Part shown: piece after piece, positions 1 to 11,617 of the stretch
Position numbering within the stretch: position 1 is the first letter of the stretch
How the letters are laid out: every line of letters starts with the position of its first letter
Origin: Marsupella aquatica
Taxonomy: Eukaryota > Plantae > Marchantiophyta
Reading direction: 5' to 3'
DNA: 64,000 nt
Assembly (NCBI GenBank): GCA_973895155.1
Contig: OZ316897.1
Coordinates: 6,089,327-6,153,326 of the forward strand
Notes under the pieces: generated by a model
Database searches by the model: none
What the model saw: only the letters and a program-made list of their open reading frames with translations
What the model was told of the DNA's origin: nothing
Position numbers and translations under genes: made by a program

Positions 1-1290
1 CTCCTCCAAGGCATTGAGATGTCTTTGCAAAGCTTCTTGAGCATGAGCAAGTAGGACCACATCATCTGCAAATATAAGAAGTTGGAGGACAAACCTACCC
101 AATTGAGTGCCAACTCCACCATGCTCCTCCAAAATGTTGTGTAGTTGATCAATGAAGATGCCAAAGAGAGTTGGTGAGAGAGGACAACCTTGGATCACCC
201 CAAGAGTGCTCCAGATTTCTTCAGAGGTTTCCTTTGAAAGTTTGATGCGCACTTCTTGGTACAATTTAGAAACAGCCAACCTGAGCTCTTCAGGCACTTC
301 CAACTCCACCATCCTATCCCAAAGCTTGGATCGGGAAACTTTGTCAAAGGCCTTGGAGAAGTCCACAAACAAGCAAATAATGGTTTATGTGGAGATTTGG
401 CCTTTTCACACAACACCCTCAAGCAGAGAATGTGATCCATAGTGCTGAATTCTCTCCTAAAACCTGCTTGTGAAGGTGCCCTTTTCATCTCACTCTCCAA
501 CCAAGAGCTTAATCTGGCTTCAAGTAGTCCTCCCAAAACTTTAGCAAAAGTATTGCCTACCATGATGGTTCTGTAGTTGTGCACATCGTCCTTGTTGCCT
601 GCCTTGAAGATAGGCACCACTCTTCTGGTCATCCAAGCTTTAGGTAAACCTAAAGCCATTGCTTGATTCAGCTCATGCACCAAGTTTGTTAGTAAAGAGG
701 GTCCTCCCCACAAAAGAAGCTCCAAGTTCAGGCCCAACAGATCTTTAGCTTTCCCATGTTGCATGTGGGAAAGATGCACCTTCACCTCCCTCTCTGTAAA
801 CTGAATGGTGTCCCCAAGGGGCAAAGGCATGCCACTAGCATCTGGAAAGAAATACAAGGATGTGACATAGGTTACCAGGTCCTGGTGATCCAAGGGGGGA
901 GTAGTCTTGCCTGATTGCATTCTCTCCCAAAAACGTTTTGGATGTTTGATGAACTCCTCACATAGTGATTGTTGATGACTCTTCAAGAAGCACCTCTTCT
1001 TGTGTTTGATGAAGTTCTTGTACATAGTGAATGCCAAAAGTCTCTTTTCCCCTGAATGTGATCTAGCTTGCATCCTTGCTCTAGCACAATCCGCGTCAAA
1101 CCAAGCCTTCATGTTTTGCTTTCTAGGGGGTTTGGTGGAGAAAGTAGAGGCTGCTGCTTGTGCTATGACTTCTGAGAGCTCAATCTGATCATCCAGGGTA
1201 TGGAGAAGATGTTCAAAGTTGGCTTTGAAGATGACTTCTCTATCAGGGTCTAGAAACAGAGGTTTGGGTACTGGCTTTCTATGCACTTTG
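1..1290 (-). mobile_element. 5'-truncated copy of RTE-X-like LINE (ORF2 fragment, runs off left edge)
   Basis: Near-identical to about 41940-43228 of the long copy; homology stops at about 1290. A 1-bp deletion near 377 (aagcaaataa vs aagcaaaataa) frameshifts the RT. Confidence 0.95.
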
Positions 1291-1675
1291 AAGGTGACAA
1301 GTACAATTGTTTTGTGATGCCACATACAGATGTTGTAAATGGGCAGACATTCAATGAGAATACAAAATGTTGGTACACTTTAAGGGAATTCTCGCAAATT
1401 AAATAGCCTTGTAACTTATATGCTCATAATGAGAAGTCCTGATTTAATTTAAGCAGTGTCATGTAAGTCGTGATCAAAATGATTGCAGAGTTAAAAAAGT
1501 TCCTAGAAGGCTTAAGGGGAGTTTTTGAAGGCATGTACCCAGGAACAAGTAATGAACTTAGGGTACTTGTTGCCTAAGCATCCTCTCCTACAGAGGTCCT
1601 TCTTCTCAAAATTGGAATGTCTGCAATCTCCAAGGTATCCACATCAGGTGCACTATGCATGTACATTATTCAGGT

Positions 1676-2356
1676 TCAAAGCCAAGAAATGTGATCGCTC
1701 ATGGGAGTGTGCAAAGTAGGATCTATGGCATGGCGATGACAATAGAAGATCCATCGATCAACACCATGTGCAGAGTGATGATAGATGTGTCTGTCACAAG
1801 CATAGCCTTCTGCTTGATGCTCCTTCAAACAATGAAAGTGCCACATGGTGGGACACCTAACACAGTGGACTATGTCCACCCAAAAATCTTCATCGTGCTG
1901 ACCACATGCCTTACACTTATGAAGTGGGCAAGCTGTGGCAAGATCGGGCAAACATGAAAAACAAAAGAACCTCACACAATATATGTCAGGGAATTTCCTA
2001 ACAAGTGGTGGAGCATCAACAGAACCCTCATAAGACCCCAACTTCCCACACTGTGCACACTTAGCCTGCTTCTCCAAACAATCAGTGCACATCCAGCCTC
2101 CTTGGTGTGCTGACGGGAGGCCCACCCCTGGACAGTTGTTTTCTGTAGCAAGGTCAGACTCCGGGTTGAGGTGGAAATGCCTCATGCAAGGGCCCTCACA
2201 TATGGCTAAGCCCCCACCATCGTCACAAATGGCACAACAATGAGCTGCCTTCTGGAAAATCTGACTTGCGGAGAAGTTACTACCATCTGGCCCAACTACA
2301 CCTATGTTGCTCACCTCTGTCCCCCGCTTCTTGGCTCGGATTTTAGGGCGTGCCAT
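1676..2356 (-). CDS. Stand-alone EDM2-like composite PHD-finger protein (about 226 aa; may have upstream exons)
   Basis: CAICDDGG..CEGPCMRHFH..C..CTDC..CAQC..CPLHKC..C..CVRCP..HFHC..IFYCHRHAIDPTLHTPMSDHI follows the Cys/His spacing and C-terminal 'IYC..H.ID..L.TP..DH' signature of the EDM2 PHD region as I recall it. The ATG is preceded by an AG acceptor-like context. Confidence 0.75.
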   Translation of the reverse strand: MARPKIRAKKRGTEVSNIGVVGPDGSNFSASQIFQKAAHCCAICDDGGGLAICEGPCMRHFHLNPESDLATENNCPGVGLPSAHQGGWMCTDCLEKQAKCAQCGKLGSYEGSVDAPPLVRKFPDIYCVRFFCFSCLPDLATACPLHKCKACGQHDEDFWVDIVHCVRCPTMWHFHCLKEHQAEGYACDRHIYHHSAHGVDRWIFYCHRHAIDPTLHTPMSDHISWL

Positions 2357-3173
2357 GCCTACGCATGAGACAGATAGTACACAGAGTGCACAGACAATAC
2401 AATTTAGCAGAGTGCACAGACAATACAATTTAGCAGTGTACAAAAAGTACAGTGTAGCATATAGACTAGAGTGGCAATTGCTACTGCAATGAAATGTTCA
2501 CACACATGTTCAGAGTAGACATACTTTTTGGTTTGTTGAGCCCACACTAAAAACTGATCCCCTCGTACAATAGCTCCACCTACACCTCAATTTTGTGGCT
2601 ATGATTCACCAAAGGAGATCTGCAACAAGATTTAATGCATTTGAATCACATATAACAATCGCGACATGTAAAACATGCATTTTTTGAACAGGATTGGTAT
2701 CAAGCAGTGTGATCAGGGTTGTAATTTATACATCCTAAATAGGCTATGATAGTGAATGAGACAAATAAGTTAGGCATAAATCACTTTTTCCAGGACATCA
2801 CATGGCCCATTAATTCCAGTCTTTGAAATGAGACTTTTAAGTGAGCTTGCTAGCCTCTTAAATTAGGATATTGTACTTAGTGCAGCCATAATAGGATAAG
2901 TTATGTACTGTTGACCGTAAACCCTGGACCCAAAATTGCTCATAATTCAAAATCTTAAGTAAATATCCTCTCTGTTCAAGTCAAAGTGTTAAGTTATAGG
3001 TCAATGGTCTCTGGTCTGTGCATGCGGTGTGACAAGTGGTCTTCTACAGCGTGTGATCCAAACATGTGTAGACACCAAAGTGACCGGTGGTGTGGTCTGG
3101 GAGGGCAGGACAAGTGACATCGCCAGGCACACTACAGGATGGCGAGTGGTTCCAGATGATACATTGTGCTCTG

Positions 3174-3195
3174 TGGTAATGGTAATGGTAATGGT
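3174..3195 (-). repeat. (TGGTAA)3 microsatellite identical to the LINE 3' tail
   Basis: tggtaatggtaatggtaatggt with no adjoining LINE 3' UTR. Confidence 0.85.
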
Positions 3196-4199
3196 GAAAA
3201 AACCGACATCCAAGAGAATGGTCATCCAACTCTAGGCCAGAAGCCCTACAGGCAAGACAGTCATACTGGCAACTGTGCACACACCCTTGGGCCCTAATTT
3301 GTGGCAGGTCATGTACGAGAGACAAAAATACCAAGGATGTTGGGAAGGGTGGAGAAGCAGGTACAGGGCGGCTGTAGTTGTTCCTGGCAACAACTGGGTA
3401 CTCAAAGTACCATGCAGACTGGGCTGGAAGGATCCCAAGTCTGACATACTCAAGGCGCAACATCTCTGCCTTGCGTGCAAGCTGCACATGTTCAGCATTG
3501 CGGGTCCTCACCATAAGTGTTGCTTTTGTGGAGTGTCGTGTGTTCACATCCTCTGATAAGCACCTTCGATCAGCAAGGTGAGCAGGAGCTGTACTTGCCT
3601 CACCAACAGCAACCAACCTTAAATTATCAGTTCCCACTCACTATGTCATTCCATTGGTTCCAGCTAGGGGTCATAGTGTAAACATAGCATGAAACACTCC
3701 TAATCAACTTGCTTACAAACTACAATATCCAGAAAGAGTGAAAGTCTCACCCTCCAGTGAGCAGCAGAGAGGTAGTTCACTGGATGTGTTGATGTGCAGT
3801 TAAACCTCCACTATTGCTTACTTCCAGTGTATGCTGCTCAGAAGAAGACATATTAGTAGCAGCAAATTGCAAATAATGGCCATAAGCAAACCGTGAGAGT
3901 TTGCAGAATGCTACGACAACTATTCATCCATCACAACAGTGCTCCACAGGAATGAAACCAAGCAAAATTTGGTGACCTCGACCAATGACAAGGCCAATGT
4001 AGTTCACAATCCTTGACCGATCAGGATATGGATTGGAATTACAATTAGTCAACTCTTCTTCTTTGTTTTCTAACTCTAGGGGAAATGAGCATGACCAGGG
4101 AATTCTCTGAGAAATAGAAGTGCACAGGGAAAATGAAATTGGCTCATTCAGCTGCGCAAGATGGACCATTGCAGCATACTTGGACAATTGTTCCGCAAT

Positions 4200-5250
4200 A
4201 CTTTTAGATCTAAACAAGGATGTAGTACCATTGATTACCTTCTTGCCTCACCTACCTCTGCCACTAGAGTGGTTCTCTTTGGAGCTTTGGTGAAACCAGT
4301 CATTCTTTATGGAGCACCAATTTGGGGAGCAGGTGTGTCTAAATCTGGGTGGCAACAGATTGAGGGGCTGCAAAAGCTATTTCTTGAGATGGAGCTTGGG
4401 ATCAAGTCACAAACCCCATATGCACTTACACTTGCAGAGGCAGGCTTGTTTCCTTTGGAGGTGGAGGCACTCTTCCACACACTCAAATACATCATGCGTG
4501 TAAGAGAGTTGGAGGAAAACAGATTTCCTTTTCATGCCTTGCGCTCATCTTCAGCTAAAGGGTGGTATGCAGATGTGTGCAGGTGGGCCCATGCTTGGGA
4601 TTTTCCTGAACATGAATGGCCAACACACCCAACCAAGCTAAGAGCAAAACTTGAGCAAAAGGCTTTGCACAAACTTTGGCATGAACCTAGCCCACGACAG
4701 CAATACTACATGAGAGATGTGAACCCCATGAAGAAATATCGAGAACAAGAATACTTATCTAGCACTATCTCAGTACAACTTAGACAACTTATTGCTCAGT
4801 ATAGACTAAGCTCACACCACCTTGAAGTAGAACAAGGGAGATGGAAGGATATTGACAGGAAAAAGAGGGTTTGTCAACTATGTGATAGCTCTAGTATAGA
4901 GAATGAATATCATGTATTCATTGCTTGCAAGTTTTATGAGGGGGTTAGGATGGCATCTCAAATCTTGGTGAAAGATTTGTATGCATTGTTTGGTCTGCCC
5001 CCTCAGCAACTTGGAAGGTATATCTTTGCGGTGGATAGGGAAAGGAGAATAGGTTTGGAAAATCTTTCAGGGCTCTCTAGGTCCATAGGGCTCTCTAGGT
5101 CCATAGTTTCTTTGAGGACATAGTTGTCCTCTTCTGAGCAATCTCTTTTGGTTGCTCTTTTCTTTGATTGCATTGTACTTTACTTTTTGTGGCACCTCCT
5201 TTGACTTTCATGGTCCCGGAGCTTATAATACATTACCATTACCATTACCA
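4200..5250 (+). mobile_element. RTE-X-like LINE copy, 5'-truncated, with a 1635-bp internal deletion and (CATTAC)3 tail
   Basis: 4200-4274 matches the EN region (about 43383-43309 reversed) and is joined to the post-RT region (41673 downward). 3' UTR and tail at 5231-5250; 18-bp duplication gggctctctaggtccata. Confidence 0.95.
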
Positions 5251-6361
5251 ATTCAAGAGATTTGGTGATTCCGTGAAGAATAAGTTCTTTCACACTATGT
5301 GGCCTTCAAAGTACCCTGACAAAGAAGATTACACCCAGAGAAACCAGAAGCGAGCGAAGAGGTTTGTGTATAGGTTCTACATACTCTTTTCGGAACCGTC
5401 ATGCTCTCCCGTATGATGAGGCTATTAGTCCTGGAGAGAAGAACATCCCTTGGATTTTCGATTCCCCTGCGCCTCCGTTCTCTAGTCGGTTTTCGTCTCA
5501 CCCGGGAGTTCTTGTTGATGGGGTACTCCCAATCGATCGAAGAGGACAAGAAATGTTCGGGCGAGTTGATTTTAAGGACAGTAATATTCCTAATGAACAT
5601 TTTACGAGGGCTGTTCGTCGAGGACCTTCAGAGGGATACGTTCGTTTGCATGGTCTCGGCTTCAAGAAAGATTGGCGGAGAGAAGCAGCAAGAGTGGTTG
5701 ATGATTGCAACTCGGAAAGCTAGATGGAAATTTCGTTTTGCTGATCGCTTTAAGCTAGCGTCGGGCGCTGCTAAAGTTTTCCGGATTTTGTGGCATTGAA
5801 GTCGACCTCAGCTCTGGCGTTAGGGTTTTCCCGGTTGTCTACTATTTAGGTTTTGGCTAGCGCCGGGCGCTATTGAAACGACAACGGATTTTGTGGGAGG
5901 GAATGGATCTTGACTATGTTGTCTGGGTTTGGACGCATCTTGTCTCCAAGAAACGACTAGTTTTCTAGTTAGTTTTTGGCTAGCGCCGAGCGCTGTTCAT
6001 GTATTAGTCGAAAACCTCCGATGGTGTCGACCGTGACTTCATGGATGGGATTTTTAGGCCAGATTGTTGATGTTGATAACTGCATTTTGTATCACTTAAG
6101 CCGAACGCGTTTTCTATTTTGCGAATGTTTTTTCCGGCCTTTCTTTTCTACTTGTATTTGTCTTAGATTTTGTGTATCTCAATTGGCAGCCGTCTTTTAT
6201 GTTTAATTTTTTTTTTTCCGTGTTGTTCTTTTATTTATCACGAGGGTTTGGTGGTTTTGTTTTCTATTCTTGTACTTTCAAATGGAGATTTTGAGACCTT
6301 TTTTTAAGATCACTGTTCACGACCATCCAAACACTGTTCACTGGTAACAGCTCCTTTTAAC

Positions 6362-7120
6362 TGGTACCAGAATCTGTTTCTTGTTACTGTTATCTGTTTG
6401 CTGTCGTTTGTAAATTCCCCACCAGTTTCGTGTTCTGGTACTATTTTTTGTACTATTTTGTGATTGGCAAGGCAAACAAATTTTTCTTTTCCGAGATTTT
6501 TTGTAGAGTTGTTTTGAGGGGAGTAGGAAACGGGCACAAAAATTGGATTAGGAAACAAAGGTCTATGGAATTTTCTCTTTAAAAGATTCTCTCAAGGGGT
6601 CCGAAATGATGTTTTCACCCTTGCACTGAATTGATAATAACTTTTGGCTCAAGTGTCCGTTTGTAGAGCCGCTCGGCATTTTGGAAATCTTACCTTGTAG
6701 GCTACATGGCGGTGAATTTCATTTCCACTTTACCAACTTTAATTTTTGGTGATTTTTGTGTGGAGGTATTTCGTTACAGATTGTGTTTCTTGTGTTTTTG
6801 TTTTCAACATCTATGACTTCACAAAAGCTTGCGGCGCCAAATTTTGAGGTGGAGAAGTTTGACAGAAGGTCAGCTTTAGCCTTTGGACTTGGAAAGTGAC
6901 TAACATTTGATCCAGCAGGGTCTTGAGAAGACCATCACTAGAGTGAAACCCTCATCTCTAGCAGATGAGGAGTGGGAAGATATGTTGTTGTAGGCATGTA
7001 GTTATTGTACAATTGAGTTGTTCTTGGTGAATAACATTCTCAAGAACGTGTTGAGGATGGATTGGAATGCCAAGAATATCTGGGATACGCTTACTTAGCT
7101 ATACTAGAGTACTTTGTCGA
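6362..7120 (+). pseudogene. Degenerate Ty1/Copia 5' region (PBS-like site plus gag N-terminus)
   Basis: tggtaccagaatc resembles a tRNA-Met PBS. From 6813 it reads MTSQKLAAPNFEVEKFD..FSLWTWKV..LIQQGL across frameshifts, the Copia gag N-terminal pattern. Weak continuation possible at 16660-17100. Confidence 0.6.
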
Positions 7121-7373
7121 CTACTCATATTTACCAATCACTAATACCAATCCCGTAATTTCTTACTAGGGAAATAATGACTATGTAGTCATTAAGTCTT
7201 TAAAAATGACTTGTAGTAATTTATTATTACTACAAGATAATCTGCGTTTACTGATGTGTGTAACATCTCTTACATACTCAGTGTTTACCTGGGTGCATGA
7301 GAAAGTAACTTCTGGATGTGAAGTAACTACTTCAAAATATCAGTGTTTATGCATGAAGTAGTCAACTATAATT

Positions 7374-7816
7374 TGTCGTGCAAGAGTGCATGGTTATCAT
7401 CGCCCATCACCATGCCCTGTGCACGCCCGCTAGGATATTATGGTAGTTTAGGTTCATCATTTAGACGCCATATATGCAAGCTATAATAGATATGCTTGGT
7501 GTTCTCTAAGCAAGCATTCTCCTCTTAGTAGCACTTTCGGCAATGTTCTTGTAGCAAACCCTGGTTGTTCTTGAAGCAAATAGTCTTTGTTAGGAGCACT
7601 CCAGAGCCAACATACTTAGATTGCTCATTGCACATTCACTTCAGTTCTTCTTGAGTCTTAGCTTTAGCATTGCAAGCACTTGGCTATGGCAGTACACTCC
7701 ATGGCACCTCCACACATTTGAGGATTGGCTATGACTCTTTAGATGCTCCCAACACATCATGGCATGCTGCTGGTTTTCTTATGTACTACTCACTCTACAT
7801 GCTACATACGTATTAC
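7374..7816 (+). repeat. Repeat A1 (443 bp)
   Basis: Matches 16022-16464 with one substitution seen (aacac/agcac). Confidence 0.97.
7641..7656 (+). promoter_or_regulatory. Predicted TSS (Inr TCAGTT, +1 about 7643) and self-primer
   Basis: agttcttcttgagt (7643-7656) is the exact reverse complement of 7815-7828. Confidence 0.65.
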
Positions 7817-7828
7817 TCAAGAAGAACT
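7817..7828 (+). promoter_or_regulatory. Self-priming primer-binding site
   Basis: tcaagaagaact starts exactly at the end of A1, is complementary to 7643-7654, and lacks the TGG start of a tRNA PBS. Confidence 0.75.
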
Positions 7829-8446
7829 ATCTTGACGGGATTACATCCGCCGATGTGGCAATCTGGTGATTGCTTCATCAATCAGATTTGGTTTTGAGTG
7901 ATAATTGTAGAGTTCACTAAAGGTGAAAGACGTTCATGAATAGAGGGAGGTCGACTTGTACAGGGACAGGTCGAACACAAACTTTCAAGTTATCGTCAGT
8001 TCTCAAAACGCCATTTTGAGCACATCCGTGATCTATTCTGGTTGTAACTCTTCAACCGTTTGACGAGAGTAGGAGCTTTTAGCATGGTTGGAAAGCTCTC
8101 ATCGAGGCGTGCAAGATCGATATAAAGAACTCCGAAAACGAAGCCCTATCAAGTGAGATACAGTCGCCGACATTTTGATTTCACCGAAATGCAATTTCGG
8201 GACAATTTCGCGAATTTCCAACTTTGATTTCTACTGTTTGCGTCAACGACTTGGGGCATGTAAGGGCTCATTAGGAGCGTCTGTGAGTGCTTCATCTCCT
8301 CATGATTATCTCACATATCGTTATCTATTACCAAGAGAGATATGTGTTGAAGAGTTGGAACACCTTCATGCAGATTTTAGGGATTTGGTCTCTATTTTGA
8401 GGTTTAGAGGAAGACTGATTGATCTCTTTGAGCATGTCACATCAGG

Positions 8447-9775
8447 ATGAGCTCAGGTGACTCTAACAGGGATCCATGGCGGCCATATCATCTCCGAAGT
8501 GACCCACGCCCATTAGAGACTATCCCTCTCAAATCATCTAGATCATTTAGAAGGAGACACACCCAGAATACTTCTTCTGGATCTGTCGGGGCAGGAAGCT
8601 CACATCAGGTGATTCCAACAACTACATCATATCAGGTTCCTCAATTGTCTATTCAACCACAATCAGGCCTGTACACGCCTCTTTCAGCTCCAACCAGCAC
8701 ATTCCCAGCTCCGCTCTCGACATCAACAATTCCACCAGTGTACGGGATGGAGGCTAGCAGCTCATCCAGCAAAATCGGGAAGTTTAGTGGTCGGCCTGGC
8801 ACCATTTCTCTACGGGAATTCAAAGCAGCATTTTACACAGTTGTGTATGAGTTGGAGCTCAAGTACTTGAGCCACTACACTGCTGCCTTTGCATTCAAAC
8901 AATTGGCAAGGTATGTGCACCATGAGGCATTGGACGTGTACCAGCAGCACTCGAGGCGGTTATTGGGTGTCACTCAAACCCCAAATCCTGCTTACGCTGC
9001 TGCCATAGCCGGTGCCCACCAGACAGCACTACAAGCTGCCATTGCAGCGCATGCTGCTGCTGCCGCTTCTTCATCTAGTAGTGCACCTTCACCAGCACCC
9101 ACTACAGTGGTATTGAGTCCAGCTGAGCTTGCTCTAGCTACTACAGGCATCTCTTCCACTGTTGATACACCAGTGTATCTTGATCCAGTGGATGAGTTCT
9201 TTCAAATTCTTGAACAGGAATTTCCAGTGAAGAGCTCAGAGAAGATAATCCAGCTTGCTACATTCATGCGGCAGAAGGATGAAACGTTGAAGATGATGTA
9301 CCAACGATTGCTCAAGTTGAAGGAGGATACCAACAGTATCACAGACCAAGAGGCTGCAAATCATTATCTTGATGCGCTTGAGAGTAACCCTTCACTCCAT
9401 TTGCAGGTGCTACATCAGGTCTTTGCACAACATGGGGATTCTTACAATCTTCTTCAAGTGTACAACATTGCAGAGAAGCTTGAGCTTGCCCATGCTCATT
9501 ACCAGGCCAGTCACTCACGTCGTGGGCCACGAACCAGGCCTTTCGTTCCTACCCCGACATCTGGTAGGTCAATAGTGCAACCCCAACGAGTTAAGCATGC
9601 CCATTCTGCACCTATGCTTGTCCCTTCTTGCAATTACTGTGGGAATCCGGATCATAAGGCTAATGAATGTGATGTTCCTCCGGATGAGCTCTACTGTGAC
9701 TTTTGTGGGAAGTCTGGACATTTGGAACCTGTATGTTTCTCCAAGTTTCCAGGGCGAAAGAACTTGAGGCACTAG
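8447..9775 (+). CDS. gag: Gag with two CCHC zinc knuckles
   Basis: CNYCGNPDHKANEC and CDFCGKSGHLEPVC; KFSG and F.RQKDETL..YQRL gag-like motifs. The frame continues past TAG 9773-9775 into ORF 9935. Confidence 0.85.
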   Translation: MSSGDSNRDPWRPYHLRSDPRPLETIPLKSSRSFRRRHTQNTSSGSVGAGSSHQVIPTTTSYQVPQLSIQPQSGLYTPLSAPTSTFPAPLSTSTIPPVYGMEASSSSSKIGKFSGRPGTISLREFKAAFYTVVYELELKYLSHYTAAFAFKQLARYVHHEALDVYQQHSRRLLGVTQTPNPAYAAAIAGAHQTALQAAIAAHAAAAASSSSSAPSPAPTTVVLSPAELALATTGISSTVDTPVYLDPVDEFFQILEQEFPVKSSEKIIQLATFMRQKDETLKMMYQRLLKLKEDTNSITDQEAANHYLDALESNPSLHLQVLHQVFAQHGDSYNLLQVYNIAEKLELAHAHYQASHSRRGPRTRPFVPTPTSGRSIVQPQRVKHAHSAPMLVPSCNYCGNPDHKANECDVPPDELYCDFCGKSGHLEPVCFSKFPGRKNLRH

Positions 9776-11300
9776 CCAACTCCCACCATTGCCCCTTCTT
9801 CCGTCGCCCAGTCTAAGAGGAGTGTTGTCGCTGCCCCTTCATCATCCAACAAACCTGCTGGTTTCAACAAGAACGCCAAGAAGAAGGAGTACCAGAAAGC
9901 TCAGAAGGAGGTTCTTCAAGCTCAAGCTACTCAGGTGCAAGAATTGACCAGCGAGTTGGAGGCAGTCCGCGCTCAATTGGCATCCCTCCAAGGCAAATCA
10001 GTACAGCCAGCAGGTCATGCTCAACCTGTGGCTGGTGCTCCTGCAAGTAGCAGTACTACACCGCTGCCACGGTCCTTCTACAACCTCCCTTATGATGCCA
10101 TGGCTGGAGAGTACGTTGTTGGTCCCACTCTCACATCTGGTCTTACTAGTGAATTCTCCAATTCATTTTTCCCCTCATACTTTGCACACCAGCAAGCTAG
10201 TGTGGCCACCCGTGCAGCTACCAATCGGAGGGTAGTCCAAACTGATGGCCTTGCCTCTGGATCTAGTCCTATCACACAATCCAGGGGTGCCAGAGCTACC
10301 ATACCACAATCTTTTCGACCACTTACTCCAACCTCAGAGGCTACCTTGTTGGCAAGGGGAGGTAGGAATGACATAGCTTCTTTGCCAACCGGTGCCTCAA
10401 ATCTGAATTTAGTAGGGGGGCATGTACAGCAACCAGATGCATCACCAAAAGCTGATCACATGGTACCATCTCCATTTCATATTTCAGGCATGGCACACCA
10501 ATTTCTCACTACTCCATTGTTTAGTTGCCAAGACCTAGAGTTGAATGCTAGAGATGTGATTACCTTGCTGGAGGGCACACTGAACTCTACGTCAAGTCCC
10601 TCATCAACTACTGTGATGCCTGTCATGGAGGTCCAACATCAGGTTTTGATTGGACCGTCCCCTTTGTTACATGCTGAACATAGTATGCATTTGTCACTTC
10701 CTAGTTCTAGTTCTAGTTCTAGTGCTACGATGAGTATTGATTCCATGGCTAGGTCTACATCTAAGTGTTCAGGGAATTCTCAGTCCCTCTTGGACATGCT
10801 CATCAGTGACAAGGTTGTGGATACTAATGTCCTACACAAGATGTCTCACAATGTGCCCAAGATTGTTCCTAGTGACAGGACTTCAGTCTCCACTAGTGTT
10901 GCCATTGTTGATAATAGGGCTGCAGCGGTACAGGTGGAGGGTCACATTCCTAAGGTGGTTATGCTAGATACTGGAGCTCAGCCTGTCATACTTGGAATTC
11001 AATTTGCCAAACAGTTGGGGCTAGTTGACTCCAAATTGCAAAAATCAGCATGGTACATAGTGGCACCGTGGAGGAGGTACTAGGTGAGAGTGCTCAATTG
11101 CTCACTCTCTCTTTCAATGAAGGTACAGATCAGGAACTCCAATTCCAGGTCAGATGTCTGGTCACCAATGCCACAAGCTATGATGTGCTCAGGCCAAGAG
11201 GCTTTATTCCCGCCAGGATTTACCATTGATAACTGGTTTGAGCATGCATACTATCGTGCTGATTGGCAAACTGATGGCATGTGCTTGGGCTACATTCCAC
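9776..11300 (+). pseudogene. Gag-pol linker and aspartic protease (frameshifted)
   Basis: VMLDTGAQPVILG at about 10958-10996; second motif YDVL-GQEAL reached across apparent frameshifts at about 11058 and 11191. Confidence 0.8.
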
Positions 11301-11617
11301 TGGATTTACATGGGGAGCATACCCCTAGTGCTCACTACTGTGTGTTGCAAGAGGTGCATACAGTCTCCTATGTCAACCATTCATTGCACGATTGGATTGA
11401 AGAAGATGAAGAGGAGTTGGCTACCACACAAGCCAATGAGAGCTTACTGGCTGCACCTACTGAGTTAGCCCCTCAACCTGAGGTTGTCCAACGGCTAAGA
11501 GCTGCCCATGGACCATTGACTATTGCTCTACAGCAATGTGAGGGCCTACAAAGCCATGGCCAGCCCATCTTCCCAGTCTTGAGCACACTAATCACTTGGA
11601 CACCTCCTCAAGATGGT

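Noticed and set aside
152-442. Repeated short ORFs such as MKMPKRVGERG (also 24901, 42089) and MEHQFGEQ
   Set aside because: Antisense or off-frame shadows of LINE ORF2.
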